Assembly (NCBI GenBank): GCA_028713125.1
Contig: JAQTOU010000003.1
Span: forward strand, 467,286 to 531,285
Length of the DNA: 64,000 nt
DNA from: Elusimicrobiales bacterium
Lineage (GTDB): Bacteria > Elusimicrobiota > Elusimicrobia > Elusimicrobiales > UBA9959
Reading direction: 5' to 3'
The notes beneath the pieces are model-generated. The model searched no databases. It saw only the letters and a program-made list of their open reading frames with translations, and was not told the origin of the DNA. A program made the position numbers and the translations under genes. This document shows positions 61,507 to 64,000 of this stretch, piece after piece (the stretch's first letter is position 1; each line of letters starts with the position of its first letter).

Positions 61507-62643
61507 ATGGCCGAACCGGAAAGCAGCGAATCTATATTCGCCAAATATAAAAAAGGCGCTCCCTCCGCGGCCGCGCCGTTCCGCGCGCAGCCGGCCGTCC
61601 AGCTGCCGCCTCCTCCGCTGCCTCCGCGCCCGCCCCTGCCTCCGCCGCCTCCTCCTCGGCCTGCGGAGCCCCCTCAGCCGCAACCCGACCCGGGAGTCAC
61701 CGATTACCTTAAGAAAAAGGTAGAGGAGCTCGAAAAAAAACTTTTCGAGACGCAGGAGAAAGCTTTGTCTTTTTCAATGGAGCAGAGGAACAAGGAAGAA
61801 CTGCAGAGGCGGAGCCTGGGGCAGGTGGAAGAAATGTTCAATACCCTGCGCGCCAGCCAGCGGGCCGAGGAGGCGGATAAAAGATACACCGAGCGGCTGG
61901 AGAAGCTGGAGCAGCAGGCGGCTGAACTTAAGGCCGGGCTGGACGGCTACGGCGCCGAGGGCTCGGCGGAGCGCGTCGCCAAACTCGAGGCCGCCTTCGA
62001 CGGGCTGCGCGAGGCCGACCAGCGCGCCGGGGAGGAACTCAGGTCTTCAGAGGTCTCCGCGGCAAAGCTTACCACCAGGCTCGAGCTGGCCGAAGCCCGT
62101 ATCGGTGAACTGCGGGACAGGATAGCGGCCGGCGCCGAGGCGCGGCTGCCGGAGATCTACTCCAAAATGGGGGCCGCCGAGGCCTGGAACGCTTCGCAAG
62201 CCGCCGAGATGCGCGAACTGCGAGAAAAAGTGGCCAGCCTTGACTCCGATCAGGCCGGTGTCAGCCTTAAACTGGTCGAGCCCTTCCGTAAGATTTATGA
62301 GACCGACGGCCGCGTTTCAGCTCTGGAAGCTAAAGTTCCGGAACTTTGGCGGCTCCGGGAAGATCTTTCAACGCTCAAAGACGCCGTCCTGGGCCGTGAT
62401 ATAGTTTCCGCGGAGGACCTGCGCGGAGCCATGCGCAAAATGGCGGAGATAGAATCCTCTTTCTCGGACTTTTCCGCCAAGCTTGCCGCCCAGGAAAAAC
62501 GGAGCCTGGAGGGCGTTTCCGCCCTCGGAACCCTCGAGGGCAGGTTCGACTATTTCAAGACTCTTTTCGACAACCTCAGGAGCGTAGTAGATAGGCTGAT
62601 GATAAAAAATAGCGGAAAATCAGGTCCTCCTTGCCAGTCATAA
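61507..62643 (+). CDS. proline-rich, coiled-coil protein
   Basis: 378 aa, starting 1 nt after the previous stop. It has the polyproline stretch QLPPPPLPPRPPLPPPPPPRPAEPPQPQP, then about 300 aa of E/K/L/A-rich heptad-like sequence. Confidence 0.65.
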   Translation: MAEPESSESIFAKYKKGAPSAAAPFRAQPAVQLPPPPLPPRPPLPPPPPPRPAEPPQPQPDPGVTDYLKKKVEELEKKLFETQEKALSFSMEQRNKEELQRRSLGQVEEMFNTLRASQRAEEADKRYTERLEKLEQQAAELKAGLDGYGAEGSAERVAKLEAAFDGLREADQRAGEELRSSEVSAAKLTTRLELAEARIGELRDRIAAGAEARLPEIYSKMGAAEAWNASQAAEMRELREKVASLDSDQAGVSLKLVEPFRKIYETDGRVSALEAKVPELWRLREDLSTLKDAVLGRDIVSAEDLRGAMRKMAEIESSFSDFSAKLAAQEKRSLEGVSALGTLEGRFDYFKTLFDNLRSVVDRLMIKNSGKSGPPCQS

Positions 62644-62808
62644 ATCTTTTCTTTTTCGCATCTAGTATAGGAAGGCGAAGGCGGGATGTCTGCGCCACCG
62701 TTGGGGTTGTGTATTTTGCAGGCGCACCGAAACCAGCCTTCGCGCGGGTCTTTATCAATTGTTCTGAAAGACCTACGCCTGCCATACGGGTCTCATTCAC
62801 CCTTCCGA

Positions 62809-63762
62809 TCAAGGTTCCAGTTCCGCAAGTATATCCTTTTGCGAAGCGGCGCAGCGGAAGCCTATGTCGTCGTTGGCCTTGCCGTAGCTGGCGCGATTAG
62901 TGCTAGCCATTTCGTCGGCATCCGAAGCCCATGAGCCGCCTCGTATCACATGCTCCTTACCGGTTTCAGGCCCCTTAGGATTCCTTCTCGGGCTGGCCTG
63001 ATAATAATTTCTGCCGTAGAAGTCGGACACCCATTCCCAGACATTCCCATTCATATCATACATGCCAAAAGCGTTGGGGCTCTTGCAAGCGGTCTTATGC
63101 GGCAGCTCCCCGGAATTGGCCGCAAACCAGGCGAAATTCCCGGCGTCAGCGGTTGAATCCCTAAAATTATATTTAACCGAAGTCCCGCCGGTCGCCGCCG
63201 CTTCCCACTCGGCTTCGGTAGGCAGGCGGCGTTTTTTGTAGGCGCAATAGGCCGCCGCGTCGGACCAGAATATCCCGAAGACCGGGCAGGAGGGGCAGTC
63301 CTTTATCAGGCCTTCCAGCCGCCGGTAATATTTTTCTTTGCCGGTCTCCAGATTGAACTTTCCGCTCGGCTTGGCCCACTCCGGATAGTTGCCGCCGGTG
63401 GTTTTTGCGAAGGTCAGGTAATCCGCAAGGGTTACCTCGGTCTTGTCCATGTAGAAAGCGTCCAGGGACACAGCGTGCATGGGGAGCTCGTCCGGTTCTC
63501 CCTTCCCTTTTTCCGCGCCTATCCTGTATTCACCTGCTGGCACAAGCGCCATGCCAGCGGTTTTTTTAGCCAATTCCCCGGCGTGCCTTTCCTTGAAGTA
63601 CTTCGTAGCGCTTCCCAGACAGACGCCGCAGGCGGGGTCGGCGGTCCCGCTGCGAATGTAGCTGATCAGCTCCGAGTCTCCGCGTGAAGCGCGCTGGGCG
63701 AAGCAGTCAGCTGCGCCGGTCAGCAAGAGCCAGAGAGAGAGCAATGTAAAAGTGGTTTTCAT
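62809..63762 (-). CDS. formylglycine-generating enzyme (FGE-sulfatase/SUMF1) family protein, secreted
   Basis: 317 aa with a signal peptide. LPTEAEWEAAATGG, NAFGMYDMNGNVWEWVSD, RGGSWAS, GFRCA. Confidence 0.8.
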   Translation of the reverse strand: MKTTFTLLSLWLLLTGAADCFAQRASRGDSELISYIRSGTADPACGVCLGSATKYFKERHAGELAKKTAGMALVPAGEYRIGAEKGKGEPDELPMHAVSLDAFYMDKTEVTLADYLTFAKTTGGNYPEWAKPSGKFNLETGKEKYYRRLEGLIKDCPSCPVFGIFWSDAAAYCAYKKRRLPTEAEWEAAATGGTSVKYNFRDSTADAGNFAWFAANSGELPHKTACKSPNAFGMYDMNGNVWEWVSDFYGRNYYQASPRRNPKGPETGKEHVIRGGSWASDADEMASTNRASYGKANDDIGFRCAASQKDILAELEP

Positions 63763-64000
63763 CAGAGTTTAAATTTGTCGGAGTAAATAATTCCAATAAA
63801 TTCCCCGCGCCTAGGTTATGGTCCAGAATTTTACCGTAAGACTACGTAGAAGTAGTCGCCGCCACCGCTGTCTTATCCATTCAAAGCGGGGAAGACCGAA
63901 AATATTTTTTCATGTTTCATTCGGCCGGTTTCTGTCGACCACCGGCGCACAACGGGGTAAATTACCTAATTCAGCACTTTATATGGATTATCAGTTACGC

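Noticed and set aside
63897-63930. UAS-like string gaaaatattttttcatgtttca upstream of the minus-strand FGE-fold gene
   Set aside because: It has only one imperfect half-site, no second dyad at 19-20 bp, and no -24/-12 promoter on the minus strand between it and the start at 63762.
1-64000. CRISPR arrays, tRNA/rRNA genes, transposases, integrases, prophage genes
   Set aside because: I found no direct-repeat/spacer pattern, no tRNA T-loop-type sequence in the intergenic regions I read, and no recombinase-like ORF. A tRNAscan/Infernal run would be needed to exclude small RNAs formally.

Overview
Bacterial chromosomal segment, high GC by eye except for two lower-GC patches at about 6.9-8.9 kb and 12.45-18.0 kb. 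I support about 57 protein genes. I found no rRNA, tRNA, CRISPR array, transposase or integrase by reading. The flanks are ordinary housekeeping: rpmB, a YjbQ-family protein, a thioesterase, a B12-radical SAM enzyme, an M16 protease pair, an M20 peptidase, iorAB, valS, prfC, satP, a POT transporter and cell-wall hydrolases. The part worth attention is 7-32 kb, which reads as one regulatory system. (1) There are eight copies of an extended sigma-54 (-24/-12) promoter. (2) There are six copies of a two-dyad TTTTCA-N2-TGAAAA upstream element, mostly placed just after the intrinsic terminator of the preceding gene. (3) In the middle sits one NtrC-type GAFTGA enhancer-binding response regulator. 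It is translationally coupled to a 60-aa Hpt-like ORF and lies divergent from a short, divergent sigma-54 paralog that has one of these promoters itself. (4) Three hybrid histidine kinases share a near-identical transmitter/receiver module but have unrelated sensors. (5) The cargo is mostly small secreted proteins plus a RiPP-type operon: two Cys-rich precursor peptides, each with its own sigma-54 promoter, then an RRE-radical SAM/SPASM maturase and an ABC exporter. A second cluster on a low-GC patch runs TldD-PmbA, small secreted peptide, radical SAM, family-5 substrate-binding protein, hybrid kinase. Separately, at 59-62.6 kb, an isolated motA-motB pair is followed by a membrane-anchored FliG-like protein (middle and C-terminal domains only) and a proline-rich coiled-coil protein. 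All family calls come from motif recognition by eye. No database search or folding computation was possible.
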